NCBI RefSeq assembly: GCF_009914755.1
Contig: NC_060932.1
DNA length: 64,000 nucleotides
From: the human T2T-CHM13v2.0 reference genome, Homo sapiens
Direction: 5' to 3' (one strand)
Under the pieces are notes generated by a model that saw only the letters and a list, made by a program, of their open reading frames with translations, was not told where the DNA came from and ran no database searches. This document shows, piece after piece, positions 13,691 through 28,307 of this stretch (the first letter of the stretch is position 1; every line of letters begins with the position of its first letter). The position numbers and the translations under genes were made by a program.

Positions 13691-15169
13691 AGAATTCTTG
13701 TTTGCAAAGATGAAGGAAGTCAAACACCAACTGTGAGACATGCAGCAGGGTCCCAAAGGTACCGTGGATAGGAAGCTGGGCAACGAGTTCATGATTGCAG
13801 ATCAGAGCTGGCCAGGTGAGACCCTAGTTAGCCACTCTCTGAAGGCCTCACAGTGGCAGCTACTTGGAGGAGTGTGAGTTCATCCAGCAGGCTTGAAGCC
13901 AGGCCTCTGGGGGCTCAGACCTGTCATGGGTCAGCTGATGTTCCTTCTGGGAGGGATAGACTTCTCCTTCTGTCGGGAGGAAATCAAATCACCAGCTCAT
14001 TATAAGGCCTGCTCCAGTCAGAACACTGTCTTCAGATTCAGCTCCTGCATGTTGGAAGCTGTCAGCCAGGAGCATGGGGTGGGGCGGGATTCCAGTGAGT
14101 TCCAGTCTATGACTACAGGTACTTGGCACCACTCCATGTGGCAAGACACCCCATGTGCCATGTGCCAGGCCAGGCAGGGGCTGTGGTGGCCTGCCTGGTG
14201 GGGTGCCCAGGGACTTGGGCAGGGGTTCAGGGACAATACCACTTATCAAAGCCTGCCTGGAGAGGGTTTTGTCTCTCTGAAGAAAGTTGGCAGCTCGAGG
14301 GAGGCAAGGACTAGCCCAGGATGACCAAGTCCCACAATGCTGCCCCTCTTTGCTTAGCTGGAGGGTTTTTGCCAAGGGCCTCTACATTCCACTGGGGGCC
14401 AAGGGAGCTGCCTCACTGTGGCCTCAGACCAGAGGATGTGACAGAAAACAGGAGAGGAGTGGGGAGGAGACTTTTCAGATTTTGCTTCTCAAACACAGAC
14501 TTCTCCGTGTGAGTCACTGACCGGGATTCTGCCCTGGTTTTTGTTTCCCTGCCATCTCCCTACAACCCAGGGAAGCACTAACAAGCCTCCTGTTCACCAC
14601 TGTTTCAGGCTTCTGCTCTTGATCTAAGCAGTGACCCCTTCCATTGTCATGGGCTTTCGCATTTTTAAGGAATGTTCCCATCCATTGTGCCATTTGATCT
14701 TCCTCATGTGTGCTCGTCACAAGCTTCCTTATGGAATCCCCATTTGTGCTAGTTCTATGTGGGTTCAGTTTTGAGCTCTGACCCAATTCTCCTTGGGTCC
14801 ATCCCTCTTCCTGTCCTGAGTCTTGCATCCTGGCAAGCTAGCCTTAGAGTTGCTCAGACTATTTTTTGATATGGAGTGAAGGGACCTCGTGTCCCACCAA
14901 TGTGGAAGATGCTGAATTTATTACACACACAGTGAACACCTGTTATGCAATTATCTGCACTTAGCTTAGTCCATCTATTCTAGGTGCTCCTGAATTCTGC
15001 TATTCACTTAAGGAATACTGAAGGTATCATGTGAGAGGATGCTAAGGATACAGAGACCTAATGCATGGTCTTACTCTCAGTGGGGAGAGTCTTATATCCA
15101 GCCACTGCAAAGGTGGTCATGAAAGGTATGGGTTCAGTGGCCTCCAAGCAAAACATCTGCCCTTGGGAG

Positions 15170-15560
15170 GGAGGCAGGCCTAGCTCTGCTGTTTACCAGC
15201 AATGTGACATTGGCCAAGCATCCTATCCTTCTTGCATGCTTCTTTGTAAAGGGTCACACAAGAGCTATCTTTTACCCCCTGCCTGCAGGGTTTCAGCTGC
15301 TTCATGGTCATTGCTACAGTTAATTCTCACAACCCACTGAGGCCAGCATTATTTCCATTTAACAGATGAGAAAACTGAAGCTCCAACAAGCAAGTAGCTT
15401 GCCCAGTTCACCCAGTAAATGGTAGAGTACAGAATCAAATCCACCAATGTTTGGCTTCTAAACTCAAGTTCTTTTCGTTCCTGGATTCTGCCTCATAGGC
15501 CTGTTGTGAAGATTAATATTTTTAATGCAAAATATCCAGAACAAAGCCTAGATTGCGGCG
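15170..15560. mobile_element. MIR fragments (nested, both orientations)
   Basis: MIR cores: ccatttaacagatgagaaaactgaag (reverse) and cctcataggcctgttgtgaagattaa (forward). Confidence 0.6.
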
Positions 15561-18166
15561 GGGTCCTGGTGAGAAGTAGCTACTGTGATCTCACGAGGAT
15601 TTGTCCTCCCTTCACTCATTGCTGCCCCATGGCACCATGCACCTCTCACATAAAAGATAGGGGCCTATATTCCCCTTGTAGTAATTAATCCATGTGCCAA
15701 TGTGTTTATAGAAAGTAGCTCATGCTGTGTCTTTCGTTTCTAAGGATCCAATCATGTTTAGCAAGCAGGCTCCCAGATGCAAGGCCAGTTTCTTTCAGCT
15801 AAACAAAGGGGAAGAAATTATCCAGGAATTCTGACAAAGAAAGCAATTACTCCAGTCTGACATACATCAGTTACTGGTGCCCAAACTGGGCTTTTTTGTC
15901 TAAATTACCTGAGTGATGTGTCTGCATTGATTCAGGTTCATTTGTTTATTTTTCTTATTGGCTCTTTCACCAAGCAGGTGTTCATCAGCCATCACTCCTC
16001 ATCCTGCACATGCAGGGCAGCAGAAAGGCGAGGGGTCAAGCCTGAGCTGGGCTGGGCAGCTTCGGTTCCCCTGTAAGTGCACACAGTTGTCTGGGGAAAA
16101 GAGGAAATTTCTAGAGCCCCTCCCCACCCACAAAACTTCCGTGATTGTGCCAGCAGTGAGTTCTCTTTCTTTCCTTTTCCTGAAGTCTTTCTCCTCGCTG
16201 TAGTCCCTCTGCCTCTTCTGTTGTGACCACCCCAGGTGCCCATGTGGTTCTGGTGAGCCATCAGCTAATCCCTCCTGAGCATTATCTAGCCTGGACATTT
16301 CAGTAACTATGATGCTGCTTACATTTCTGTAACACTTGGCTTTCACATCCATTATCTCATCTAATCTTCACATTAGTGCTTTGAGACAGGCATCAGCATT
16401 GCCATTTTAGATAGGAAAAAAAAAAAACTGAGAAAGAAAGAGAATGCGCTTATCCAGGTCACCAGGCCAGTGAGGGCAGAGCCAGCACCAAAAACAAGGG
16501 AGGAAACTCAGGACTATGCTTCCTGGCTCCTGGGCAAGTTCTCCTTTCATGACCACATTCTATATTGTTCAAAAAAGCATCCAACACCCATAAAGGAGTG
16601 AATATTTAGTGGAGAAATTTCTGGCCCCCATGAGAAGTAATGGGGGAGTTGCTTTTGAATGTGTGAGGCATTTGAGAAGCTTGTCAAAGTATACCTCTCA
16701 GGCAGCTGCCTTCTCATGGGGTGGAGCTAGATGACGGTACAGGTCTAGTGTCGCCACCTCCCCAAACAAGATGCCTTCTCTCTATAGGGCTTTGGAATCT
16801 CAGCAGTAATTGGTGATGCAGATAGAAAACCACAGGAGTTGGATACACCCCTGACAACAGCAATCATGTTTGACATCTTCCAGGGCAGAGATGCCATGCT
16901 GAGATAGAAGCAGTGGCAGCTGGAACCTGGATAGTTAGAGCCAGCCAAACCCCTTTTGACAAAGATCATAAAGGTCTTTGCAAACATTAATTAATTCTCC
17001 CCTCCCAGTGAAGAGAGAGAAACTTGCTTTCCAAGCACATCAAAGGAAGGCTTAGGTGACAAGGGGATGGCCTCACTCCTCACCCCGCAGGAAGCTTGCT
17101 TCCCTTCACCTCCAACAGCCACACACCAAGGGGAGACCAAATCATCCAGCGGAGCTTCCTGGCCTTGAGTCGTGGCATCTGGCTGCTTTTCTGGTCCAAA
17201 TCTTCCACACTCAGAAGAGCTTTCACTCCCAACTCATCCAGCTCACCTGTTTGTAAAGAGACCCTGAAGATAAATGTAGGTTTGGGCTTCTTCTCCCCCT
17301 ACCCCTTCCCTTTTATTTGTTTCCTTCTGTAATTATTGGTGGAGAATTTACACCATCCACTCACCTGGATGCTGGAAATGATCAGGGCTTGGTGATGTAA
17401 CAGAATTCATGTGGTTTTACTTTAAATGAATTTATCATGGTCATTTTTGTGTCTCTAAGATAATGGTCTGCTTTTCTATGCCCCTCACATCAGTCTCCTC
17501 CAAAACTGAAAACTCTGGAATTGCAACAAATGCACTTTGTAAACTGTAAAGTGTCACATGGATGTCAGTTCTGATTGATATCTTCCTGTTCCTTAGCAGA
17601 ACTGCTTCTCAATTCTTTGTGCTGTATATCCATGAAATTGTGTGATAGTTTAAGACACCATAAAACAGTATGCTAAAGTAAAAGAAAGAAAGAAATATGA
17701 AATTACCATCACTAAAGGTAAAGTATTTAAAACATTGCTATCTGTGCAGTGCTAAATGACTAGCTGCCTGGAGGAGTTCTTGTGACACTCCTGAATTGAA
17801 GCTTTAGTGACTTGTCATTTGTTCACTCCTTCTACAAGTGTTTGTGGAATGTTCCAAAGGGCAGGGCCAAGTCAGGCCCCAAGGTAGAGTGGTTAGACCC
17901 AGAGCAGGCCTCTCAGCCTCAGTGGACAAAGATTTACATGTGGTCCAGGTTACATCAAGGAGAGGATAGGCACTGTGTTTCTCTGATACAGCTTGTCTTC
18001 CCTTTCCCTATTTTCCAAATTAGCCAATCTGCCTCCCATGATTTTTTCCACCTCACTCCAGTGAGTTCAAATCTGCTGAAATCTCAGTCTCAGCCTCTAA
18101 TTTTTAGGTCCTGATGATTTTCAATAATAAGCTGAAAGACTCTTTCAGATTTCAATATCTTAGTGA

Positions 18167-18582
<416 letters not shown>

Positions 18583-19209
18583 TACATCTTTGCTTTTAAA
18601 CATCCAGTTGCTATGCAGACATGAAACCTTATACCCTTCAGCTTGGCTCCCTCAGGCCTGGGTGCCCTGGACACCCACATGAAAGAGGATCTTCTCCATT
18701 TCTGCACAGCTTGAAGTCGGAGGTCAGAACTGCTCGGACCCCTCCCTTTACCCTGGGCTCCCCTTTCTGTCCTGTTCCAAAGCTTCCTGTCCTTGGACCT
18801 CAAAAGGCAGCCACCTGGCCCCTCAGCCCCACACATGACTCTGACCTTCATGCCCTCCTTGGTTATAGTCCCCATCTCCATCTGGGGTGAGCTACCCTGA
18901 AGAATGCTCTTACCTGGTGAGTGGCTCACCCAGCCATGCATCACCCTATGTCTCCCAGCCTGGCCAGTGGTACCAGCTCAGACCTGCCTGCTTTTCTCAC
19001 AGTTCTCTCTGCTCAGTGCTGTTCTGCTTCCTGAGGGCAGCATTGCTGTCCTCCATGAGGCTCATTCTTGGTCTGCTCTCCCTGGAAAATAGAGTGATGG
19101 CCTCCACCCATAACCACTGAATTCCACCTTTGTTTCTGATTGGCCTGGCTGGTTACTCCCAGAAGCTTCCCCAAAAGAACAGTGCATCAAAGAGGATTTA
19201 CAAAACAGT

Positions 19210-19650
19210 GTCACAGTTGATCATACAAATTGGGTCTTTCTTGTCATATTCAACTAAAACAGAGTCAAGAGGCCTGGGGGGAAACACTCAGGGCACATAG
19301 CATTGCTCGAAGGATACAATTCTCTGTGCTCCTGGCTGCTGAAACTGCCTGCTGTTAACCTCAAACCAGTTTTCTCTAACAGCCACTGAAATAATCTGCT
19401 GAAATCTAACACCACCATTCACCAATCAGTGTTTGCCAGTGCCCCCAAAACTTTACTAGTGCCAATGAACTTTCTATCAAAACAATTTGTAACATTTATG
19501 TTTTTATGAAACCTCCAAACTTCTCTGCCCTTTGGACAAACAGAAGACCACCTGGTCTGTGTGTATGCCCTGAATTGCAATTCTTGCTTCCCAGATAAAA
19601 CATTTTTAACTTACAGATTTGTGTCGGTAGTTTATTCAACTTCAACAACA
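19210..19650 (+). mobile_element. Solo ERV1 LTR, MER83-like
   Basis: tg...ca-bounded ~440 bp; begins agttgatcatacaaattgggtc; has a CCAAT box; resembles the recalled MER83 consensus. Confidence 0.7.
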
Positions 19651-19727
19651 GTAATGTCTTTCTGTAGCGTTAGTGACACGCCAATGAAAGATTAGTATCT
19701 GCATGTTTTTACAGCATCCTTTCAGTT

Positions 19728-20360
19728 ATGTATATAATATTAGAATTATATATTATAATATTATTATACAGCATATATTGTATATAGTATATATATTATA
19801 TTATATACGTGTATAATATATATTACATATGTGTATAATATATAATATAATGTATAATATATTATATATTACATTATACTAGATTATAATATTATAATGT
19901 TATAACATTATAATATATTATATATTATAATATTATAATCTAGTATATTATATATAATGTAATATATATAATATACAATTATAATACATATTATATATAA
20001 TATACAATGTATAATATATATATATAACATATATATGTATAATGTATATATATAATATATAATGTATAATGTTATAACATTATAATATATAATCTAGTAT
20101 ATTATAATATAATGTACTATATAATGTATATATAATATACATTATATATACATTATATAGTACATTATATTATATGTACTATATATATATATATATAGTA
20201 TATATATATATAGTATATATATATATAATGTATATATAATAGTATATATATATATATAGTATATATATATATAATGTATATATAATATAATCCATTATAA
20301 TATATTATAATGTTATAATATATAATCTAGTATAATATTATATATTATATATAATTGAAA

Positions 20361-20400
<40 letters not shown>
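19728..20400. repeat. AT-rich complex (TA)-derived tract with palindromes
   Basis: About 670 bp nearly all A/T, ending in pure (TA)n at the tail of the adjacent AluJ. Confidence 0.95.
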
Positions 20401-20404
<4 letters not shown>

Positions 20405-20697
20405 AGAGGGAGGCAGGATCTTGCTCTGTCATCCAAGCTGAAATGTGGTGGCATGGAGTGCAGTTCACAACAGCCTTGGCCTCCTATGCTAGGGTGATTC
20501 TCCCACCTCAGCCTCCCAAAGTAGCTAGGACTACAGGTGCATGCTACCAAACCTGGCTAATTTTTGTATTTTTGGTAGAGATGGGGTTTCGCTATGTCAC
20601 CCAGTTCGGCTGCTCTTGAACTCCTGGGCTCAAGCAGTCCTCCCACCTTGACTTCCCAAAGTGCTGGTATTACAGGCGTGAGCTATCACACCTGGTG
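20400..20697 (-). mobile_element. AluJ
   Basis: Reverse Alu whose tail position is occupied by the TA tract. Confidence 0.85.
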
Positions 20698-20699
20698 GC

Positions 20700-20935
20700 A
20701 GTAATATTTGTTAGCATTTATTGATGTTTACTCTGCATTAGAGAAATATTTTACCTGGATAATATCATGTAAGTCTCACATTAACCCTTTTGAGGGAGAT
20801 TTGATTATTATCTTCTCTCTATGTATGAGAAAACAGAGGCATAAAGAGGTTTGGTAAATTACCCAGAATCACAGAGCTTACAAGTGTGTACTCTAGCTTT
20901 GGCCTGGGGAGTTCAGCCCGCACCATGCTGTGGAC
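20700..20935 (-). mobile_element. MIR
   Basis: atgagaaaacagaggcataaagaggtttggtaaattacccagaatcacagagc. Confidence 0.65.
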
Positions 20936-22475
20936 CTCCATCTCATTCTGCTTCATTTCCAGCACTCCTTCTCTCCTGGAAGTAAATTTGTTGGGCCCTG
21001 TCTTCATGGCACCCTCTAGAGGGGCAATTCATTGAGGTCATTGAAGCTTTACCACACAGGAAGAACCAGTGGAGAGTACAAGGAGGTAGCCCTGTCCTAG
21101 GAAACTTAATGGGCGGCTGGGGAAGGGAAGGCAGCTTGGGAGCCCTTCAGCTTCTTCTGCATCAGTGGCTGTCTTTTCTGTTCTCTCTTTTGTGGGACAG
21201 TGATAATTAGATTCTCTGAAAAGGGAAATGGAGGAGCTTGAACCAGGATCCTGTCTCATCCCTGACATCTAGCACCTTTGGAGCATTAGAAAATCACATC
21301 TTCTCTCTGGATCTCCATTTTCTCACCTGCAAAACAGGCATGATAATTTGTACATGAATACAATGGGTCATTATAAGGGTAAATGAGATGAACAGTGGAA
21401 AAGCACCTAGTAGACTCTAATGTACTGCATGAATGTCATGAGAAACATTCTTTGTTATTGAGTGATTAATATTGAGGATACTGTTTAAAATGTGATCTCA
21501 TGGGTACCTCTGCCCTTGGTGTTTCTTTATATACCTTGGCCCAGTTAGGTAGCTGCAAGTAGGCCAGGGTGTGCTCATTATCACAGCAAAGAGGAGTAGC
21601 AGAACAGGGTAGAGGAAAAAAAGGGGAAGATCTTTTTGGCTTTTTTAGTTTTCAAAAGTCTAGGCCCTTTTATTGGGAACCTTCTGGGCTAAAGAAAATG
21701 CTCTGTATCTTGTTCAAAGTGAATGCTTAAGATCTGTGCATTTTCTTATGTATAAATGACACTTAAAAATGCAAATCAAAACAAAATAAGTCCAGGTTCT
21801 TAGAGGAACAAGAAAGACTCAGGGCATGCACAACATATCTGGCAGAAAATGTGGGAGGAGACGATATGGCTAAGCGCAAGGCTTTCTTGCCTCCTCCCAG
21901 GCGAGGGGTTGGAGACAGAATCAAGAGTTAGGTGTGGTGTTCAGGTGGACAGGTTCTGGAGACAACAGGACAAGCAGCCCATTCCCCAGGCTGTGAGCCT
22001 CAGGGAGGCCCCAAATCTTAAATAAGCTTGCAGCCTTCAACACTCAGAAGTCATGGCTTCTAGGAGAAGAAATGGTATGATGTGACTAGGTGGACTGGAC
22101 ATTTGTCCACCTCCCATTACACAAGAGATGTTGAATCATGTTCATGGGTCCAAGAGAGGACACAGATCAGGAGAAGTCCTTGTGGACAAATTGTGTGGAT
22201 GCTTGGTCACAGGCCAGTTGGGACAGTGGAAGTTTCTGTTAATAATACAAGTTGAAACTAATGTGTAAAGATGAGAGGTCCCCTTTCCCAAAGCCTCAGA
22301 ACCATGTAAGTCTTGCCATCATTACCCTGTGCCTGGAACTTACTGGAATCCCAGAGGAAAGAGGGGAAGGGAACTCCAATATGACCGAGATTAGTTGTTA
22401 ATGGCCCAGGAGAGTTGGAGGTAGTAATATACAAAAATAATGTCATTTATTTTGCATAGTCGTGGTTTAAAAAAA

Positions 22476-22774
22476 TTTTTTTTATTTGAAACAGAGTCTT
22501 GCTCTGTCACCCAGCCTGGAGTGCAGTGGCACGGTCACAGCTAACTGTGGCCTTGACCTCCTGGGCTCAAGCAATCCTCCCACAGCCTCCCAAGTAGCTG
22601 AGACTACAGGTGCCCACCACCATGCCCAGCTTTTTTTTTTTTTTAATTATTTTTAGTAGAGACGTGGTCTCACTATGTTGCCCAGGCTGGTCTTCAACTC
22701 CTAAGCTCAAGCAATCCTCCCACCTCAGTTTGCCAAAGTGCTAGGATTATAGGCATGGGCTACTGCACCTGGAC
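22476..22774 (-). mobile_element. AluJ
   Basis: Reverse Alu, J-type. Confidence 0.9.
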
Positions 22775-23319
22775 AGCATAGTCATGTCTGATTTCTGAGA
22801 GTTGCACCACTTCATTAAATTTTGTTTAACTATATTTTCAAATCATGTAATCTACAGAGAGTGTCTCTGCAATGTCCCAAAAATGCGCTCAGAACACTAC
22901 ACAGCTTAATTCAATTAAAGCAGAAATCTGCATGCTACAGAAAGTGTTCTGAGTTAAGAAAGAGGTGTTTCCATTAAGTATGCTTTCCATCTAAAAGTCT
23001 TGGTAGTGACATTCCACGTTTCTTTTTGACACTTGCTTCAGCTCAACACAACGGTTTTACAATCTAGGACCATGAGGACTGTATAATATTCTCCAAGATT
23101 TTCTTAATTAATGGAGTATCTTGGAACATTTGCTTAATCTACAGCAACATCCTTTCTTTTTCTATCCCAAGCCTCTCCCAGAACTGTTGCTGAAGCTGTC
23201 TTCCCAATGGAGGGCTGATGACAGAAGATGCCTGCTGGCTGTCCACTGCAACTCTGTATCCAGAGTGAAATTGAGGCTTGCTAGAAAGATTTTAAAGGCA
23301 TTTTTTTAAAGATAAGAGG

Positions 23320-25130
23320 GCATCATTAACAACTTTATGCCAGTACATTTTGGTAAAATGTATAAATTCCTAGAAAAACAAGAGTTACCAAAACAAACAC
23401 AAGAATAAATAGAAAATCTAAATAATTAATGCATCATTTAAAAATCTTCCTGTAAAGAATACCCCAGACCCAGATGACTTCTCAGGTGAATACTACCAAA
23501 CATTTAGAAAAGAAATGGCATCAATTTTACATAAGTCTTCCAGAAAACAGAAAAAAAAAAAAACACTCCTCAAGATTTTTATGATGCCAGAAAAACCTGA
23601 TTTCAAAATTTGATAAGAACCTTATAAGAAAGCAAACTTAGAGGCCCATTTCATTCAAGAAGATAAATGCAAAAATCCTAAACAAAATATTAGCAAACCA
23701 AAAAAAAAACACTATATGAAAAAAAAGAATGCATCATAACCAAATTGAATTTATTCCAGGAAAGCAAAGCTGGTTTATCATTGAATAATTCTTCACCACA
23801 CTAATGAAATAAAAAAGAAAATTGTACAATTATTTCAATAAATGTAGAAACTGCATGTGATAAAATGCAACACATATTCCTAAACAATTCTTAGCATATT
23901 GGTAATAGAAGAAAACTTCCTTAATAAAAAAAAATCAGTTTTTAAAAATTCACAGCAAACATATAAAGGTGAATTTTTCTAACTTTTCCCTGTAAGAACA
24001 GAATAAGACAAAGACACTTGCTTGAATAGTGCCTTACTTCTCAATATTTTACTTAAGGTCATAGCCAGTGCAAGAAGGTAAGAAAAAGAAATAAAACATA
24101 TAAGGATTGTAAAGGAAGAAATAAAGCTAAAATTACATGCATATTACATGATTTTGTGCTTAAAAAATTCCTAAGAACCTAAAGACATACTATTAGATTT
24201 AGTAAATAAATTGAACAAGGTTGTTTGAAACAGTCAATTTATAGAAATCACAATTATAAGTTATATTCAAAGGATAACACTTAAAAATCTCATAAATTTA
24301 ACAAAATAGATTTTGTTAGAAATAAATCTAACGAACACGTTTAAGAGTTCTATGCTGAAAACTACAAAACATTGTTAAAAATATAAAAGAAGAGCTAAAT
24401 AAATGAAGAGATGTTTATGGATTAAAGGTTCATTTATCTCAAGATGTCAGTTCTCAAATTGATCTATTCCAATGCAATGCAAATCCAATAAAAAATTCCA
24501 GGTATTTTGTAAAAATGAAGAAGCTGATTCTAAAATTTTTGTGATAATGCAAAGGGGCTAGAATAGCCAAGCAATTTTGAAGAAGAACAAAATTGAAAGA
24601 ATTTCTTAACTGGATACCAAGACTTTGGAAAGACTTCAGTGTCATATCGACACAGGAGAGACAAACAGATCTTCAGAACAACGCAGAAAGTCCAGAAGAC
24701 CCAAATATACATGCACACTTGATTTATGAGAAAGCACCATAGCAGAGTAGTGGGGACAGGATGGCTTTTCAACAAATGGTGATGGGTGAAAAAACAATGA
24801 AAGTTGGTGTATACAACCAATACATTTAAGAATCAGTTCTGTAGGTGGAAGAAACCAGACACAAAAGGCCACATTTTGTATAACCTTAATTGTATGAAAA
24901 CTCAAAAATAAGCAAAAACCAAGATGTGGTGTTAGAAGTCAGGCTAATGGTTACGTTTGCGGAGGAGCAACAGGTAGTCTTTGGAAGGGCCATAAGCACA
25001 GCTCCTGAGGTTACATAAGGAGTGGTTACATGAGTGTGTTCACTTTGTAACAATTCACCAAACTATCACATGAACTTAAGGTATGCGCTCTTTTCTGTAC
25101 ACATGTTATATTTTAATTTAAAGTTAAAAT
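23320..25130 (+). mobile_element. Old L1M: degraded ORF2 (RT region) and 3' UTR
   Basis: L1 ORF2 motifs (ccagacccagatgacttctcaggtgaa = PDPDDFSGE; aaaaatcctaaacaaaatattagcaaac = KILNKILAN) with many stops and frameshifts; L1M 3' end near 25100. Confidence 0.85.
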
Positions 25131-25220
25131 TTTTTTGACCTTTCTACTTTACAGCTTCATAATGTTTTATTTCTCTAGGCCTCTTTTTTTATTTTTTATT
25201 TATTTATAGAATGGGGATCA

Positions 25221-25933
25221 TGTTACAGTAGGTAGGTAGTCAGGCAGACATAAGTAGTGCAGAAGAGCCTGCCCCTCACCCAACCAGGAATGTCAGGCAA
25301 CCATCAGCCAATAGGCAGTTGTTAAGCTGTCTCTCTAAAATAATAATTGGTTGCAGGCAGCACCAGTGAAAGGCAGTCTCCCAATAGACAGAAACACCTG
25401 AAAGTGATGATCACCAGCTTCCAAATAAGACCTCAGGAGTTGGGCAAGTGGTCTCAAGCATATGCACTAAGAGGGAAAGTGGTGGAGTTTAATTAGTACA
25501 TAACCTTCTTCTAGGAACACTCTACTGATAAGGGAGGAGCACCTGGTGTGAGCACGTGTACAACTCCAGGAAACATACTGCGCATGCAGCCCCCCTCCCA
25601 AGTGCTAACAGGCCACTGCACATGTGGACAGCCTGACACAAGGGAAGAATCGGGGAGAAGGGATGCAATTCTCTGGAAGTTTGCCAATGTATAAGACCCC
25701 CAAGGCAAAGGTCAGACCATGCACTTGACTCTCAAGTTGCCCACTTGGCCCTCTTCCAGGTGTACTTTACTTTCTTTTACTACTGCTTGAAAACTTTTTA
25801 ATAAGCTTTCACTCCTCCTCTGAAAGTTGCCTTGGTCTCTCACTCTACCTTATGCCCCTCAGTCAAATTTCTTTTTTCTAAGGAGCAAAAATTGAGATTG
25901 CTGAAGACCCACACAGATTTTCTGCTGCTAAAT
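25221..25933 (+). mobile_element. MER50-type solo LTR, full length
   Basis: Homologous over its length to 9664-10398; starts tgttacagtaggtag. Confidence 0.9.
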
Positions 25934-28307
25934 ATTATAATAGCCTCTCTCTTTTAGGATGTGAGAATTAAATATGATACGTTTCATAAATAAGTACTTT
26001 GTTCAGTGACTGGCCCATACCAGAAGCTTGATAAGGATTCAATGTTCTTAGGTGTTAAGGTCACTTGGATAGTTAGCGGTGGAACTGGAATTAAAACCCA
26101 TCCAAACAAGGTACTTTTAAAAAAAAATCACATGTCCTATATCACATGGCTGCTTATTAACATGACTTGAATGAAATGCTGGATTTAAATAGCATTTGCT
26201 GTGAGTTATCATAGCTAGTCTCCATTCTCAGTTTTATGTTTTGCAAGAGATCAAGTGTATTCATTCCTCCCAGTTCTCAATTCCTATGAGTATACTTTGG
26301 AATCTAAAGTATTTTAGTGTATCTACCCCCACTAAAAATGAAAATAAGCCCTAAATATTCCAATCACCTCGTTAGAAAACTGTTCAGAATTGTTGGCTCC
26401 ATCCAGCCCCCAAAAGGGAGAAGAAAATTCAGTTTGAATCAGATTGTAACCAAGACCTCATTAATTGGCATAAAGGAAAAAAAATTAAAAGATATATTAG
26501 CTATCAAGAGGAATGTTTGGAAAATCACTCAAAGATGAAGCAACTGAAAAAAAGAGCTGTGTGCTCATTAATTAGCACATCAACAGACTTCTGTCCCGTG
26601 GATTTGATCACAGTGAATGCACTTTTGGATGTGAATCAGAGGTTCCCGAATCTTAATGAAACCAGTCAGCAAGAGTTAGTTACAGCTGGATCCTGGGCCA
26701 CAAAAAAGACAGGGCTCAGACCAGGGTAAGAGTTTGAATTCATCTGAATTGGACCCTTCTAGATCTCAAACATGTTTTTGGAGGGCCCTGTTTAAAAGCA
26801 ATTTGAGTAAAGATGTGTTATAAGATTCATGGGCCATATAACTTTTAATGACTTATCAACAAAGATTTAGAATCATTGGTAGAAAAGAGAGGATTATGTC
26901 TTAATCCTGCAGTTAGGGCACATGAAAAGTCTTTGTAGTGTACAGACACCATCTCTTCTGGCTCTGGTTCAGGAGCCATTGTGTCATGTTCTTTATTGTA
27001 AAATGTGCCTTGGCTGGCTTGTTTCATATTTCTCATCTTAAGGAAAAAGTAGCAACGCTGTTATTGCTGGCAATGCCACGGCTCTTTAGGACCTGTTAGT
27101 ATTGAAACTATAGATCAACTTGCCTCTGGAGTTCTCTGATGTCATTTATTTCACGCTGGGTGCATCATTACTCATGACACTGCATCCTCCATCATGGCCC
27201 TGGTGAATATTGGCTTCTTATGGGTCCCTAAAGGTTGTCACTGTGCTTTGTTTGTGATGACTACAAATGCAAGTTTCACCTTCAGTGTGCAGGAAAATGT
27301 TTTCTGGTCATCTTGAACTTACCATCTTAGATTTTATGGTGCAATACATTCTGCAGCCATGTCTTCTCTTGATTGCCTTAGGCCATGATTGCTGCATTCC
27401 TAGAATGGCATCTCTTTCAATGCTGATCTCATCCCTGCCTTTCACAAACCCGTCTGCCATGGGAAGGCAAGACTAGGGAAAAACAGTGATCCTATTCACC
27501 AAATAGGTCCATCCCTCATTTGGCATGGCTTAAGATTGACCTATGAAAACAAAATGTCACCACATGATTGGAGGCAAGAGAAAGAGGATATCAATCAGAT
27601 GGGCTGCTGACATTGTGGAGCAAAGACTCAAAAGCCCTTGGAGGAAGTGTTGTTCTCCCTAGACGACTGCCTAACATGTGGCACAGACCTGCAGAGAAGA
27701 TAGAGTGGCCATCCTGGGTGCCAGCCACAGCAGGTGCACAGGTAAATGACTCGACTGCCACCTCCTGCCATCTTTGATACTGTAGAATGGAGGCTGACAG
27801 CTTCCATGCAGTTGGAACATGGAAGGGCATGAGCCAAACCATGGGCACACAGATGTGGTCAAGAACAAGAGCTTGCCATTGATTCTTAGTAGCCCAGAGC
27901 CCTGAACTTGTCCTTTGTCCAAATCAAGTGAAAATCAACCCAAATCAGCACATCAGCACAGCAGAATTCTGATGAGGCACCTCTTCCTGTGTGCTTTTCT
28001 TTATCGCTGCACTGTAACAATCACATGCTGTTGTAACAGTTTCAGTGTGTTTTCCCAAGTAATTGGTGATCTCCTTAAGGTCAGAGATTGCTTCTATTTA
28101 TCTTTGTATTTGTAGTCACTGCGGAGTAACGGATACATAATTGGTGTCCAATAAAATGCCTGCTGACCAATAAGTGACTTAAGGAATGTGTGATGGGCGT
28201 GAGACTTTTTAGTAATAATTGTAAGAGTATTTGCACAGACTCATTGTCATTTATAACATCAAATTTAAAATGTTTCTTCCACAGTAAACATGATGTACCT
28301 TTCAGTT

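Noticed and set aside
13893-14520. Overlapping 128-143 aa ORFs in GC-richer DNA
   Set aside because: No recognisable domain, non-ATG starts and ORFs on both strands; expected by chance.
16950-17260. Possible minus-strand exon (tctctttacaaacag acceptor-like site near 17245)
   Set aside because: Isolated splice-like motif with no partner exon or coding signal; cannot be supported without RNA data.
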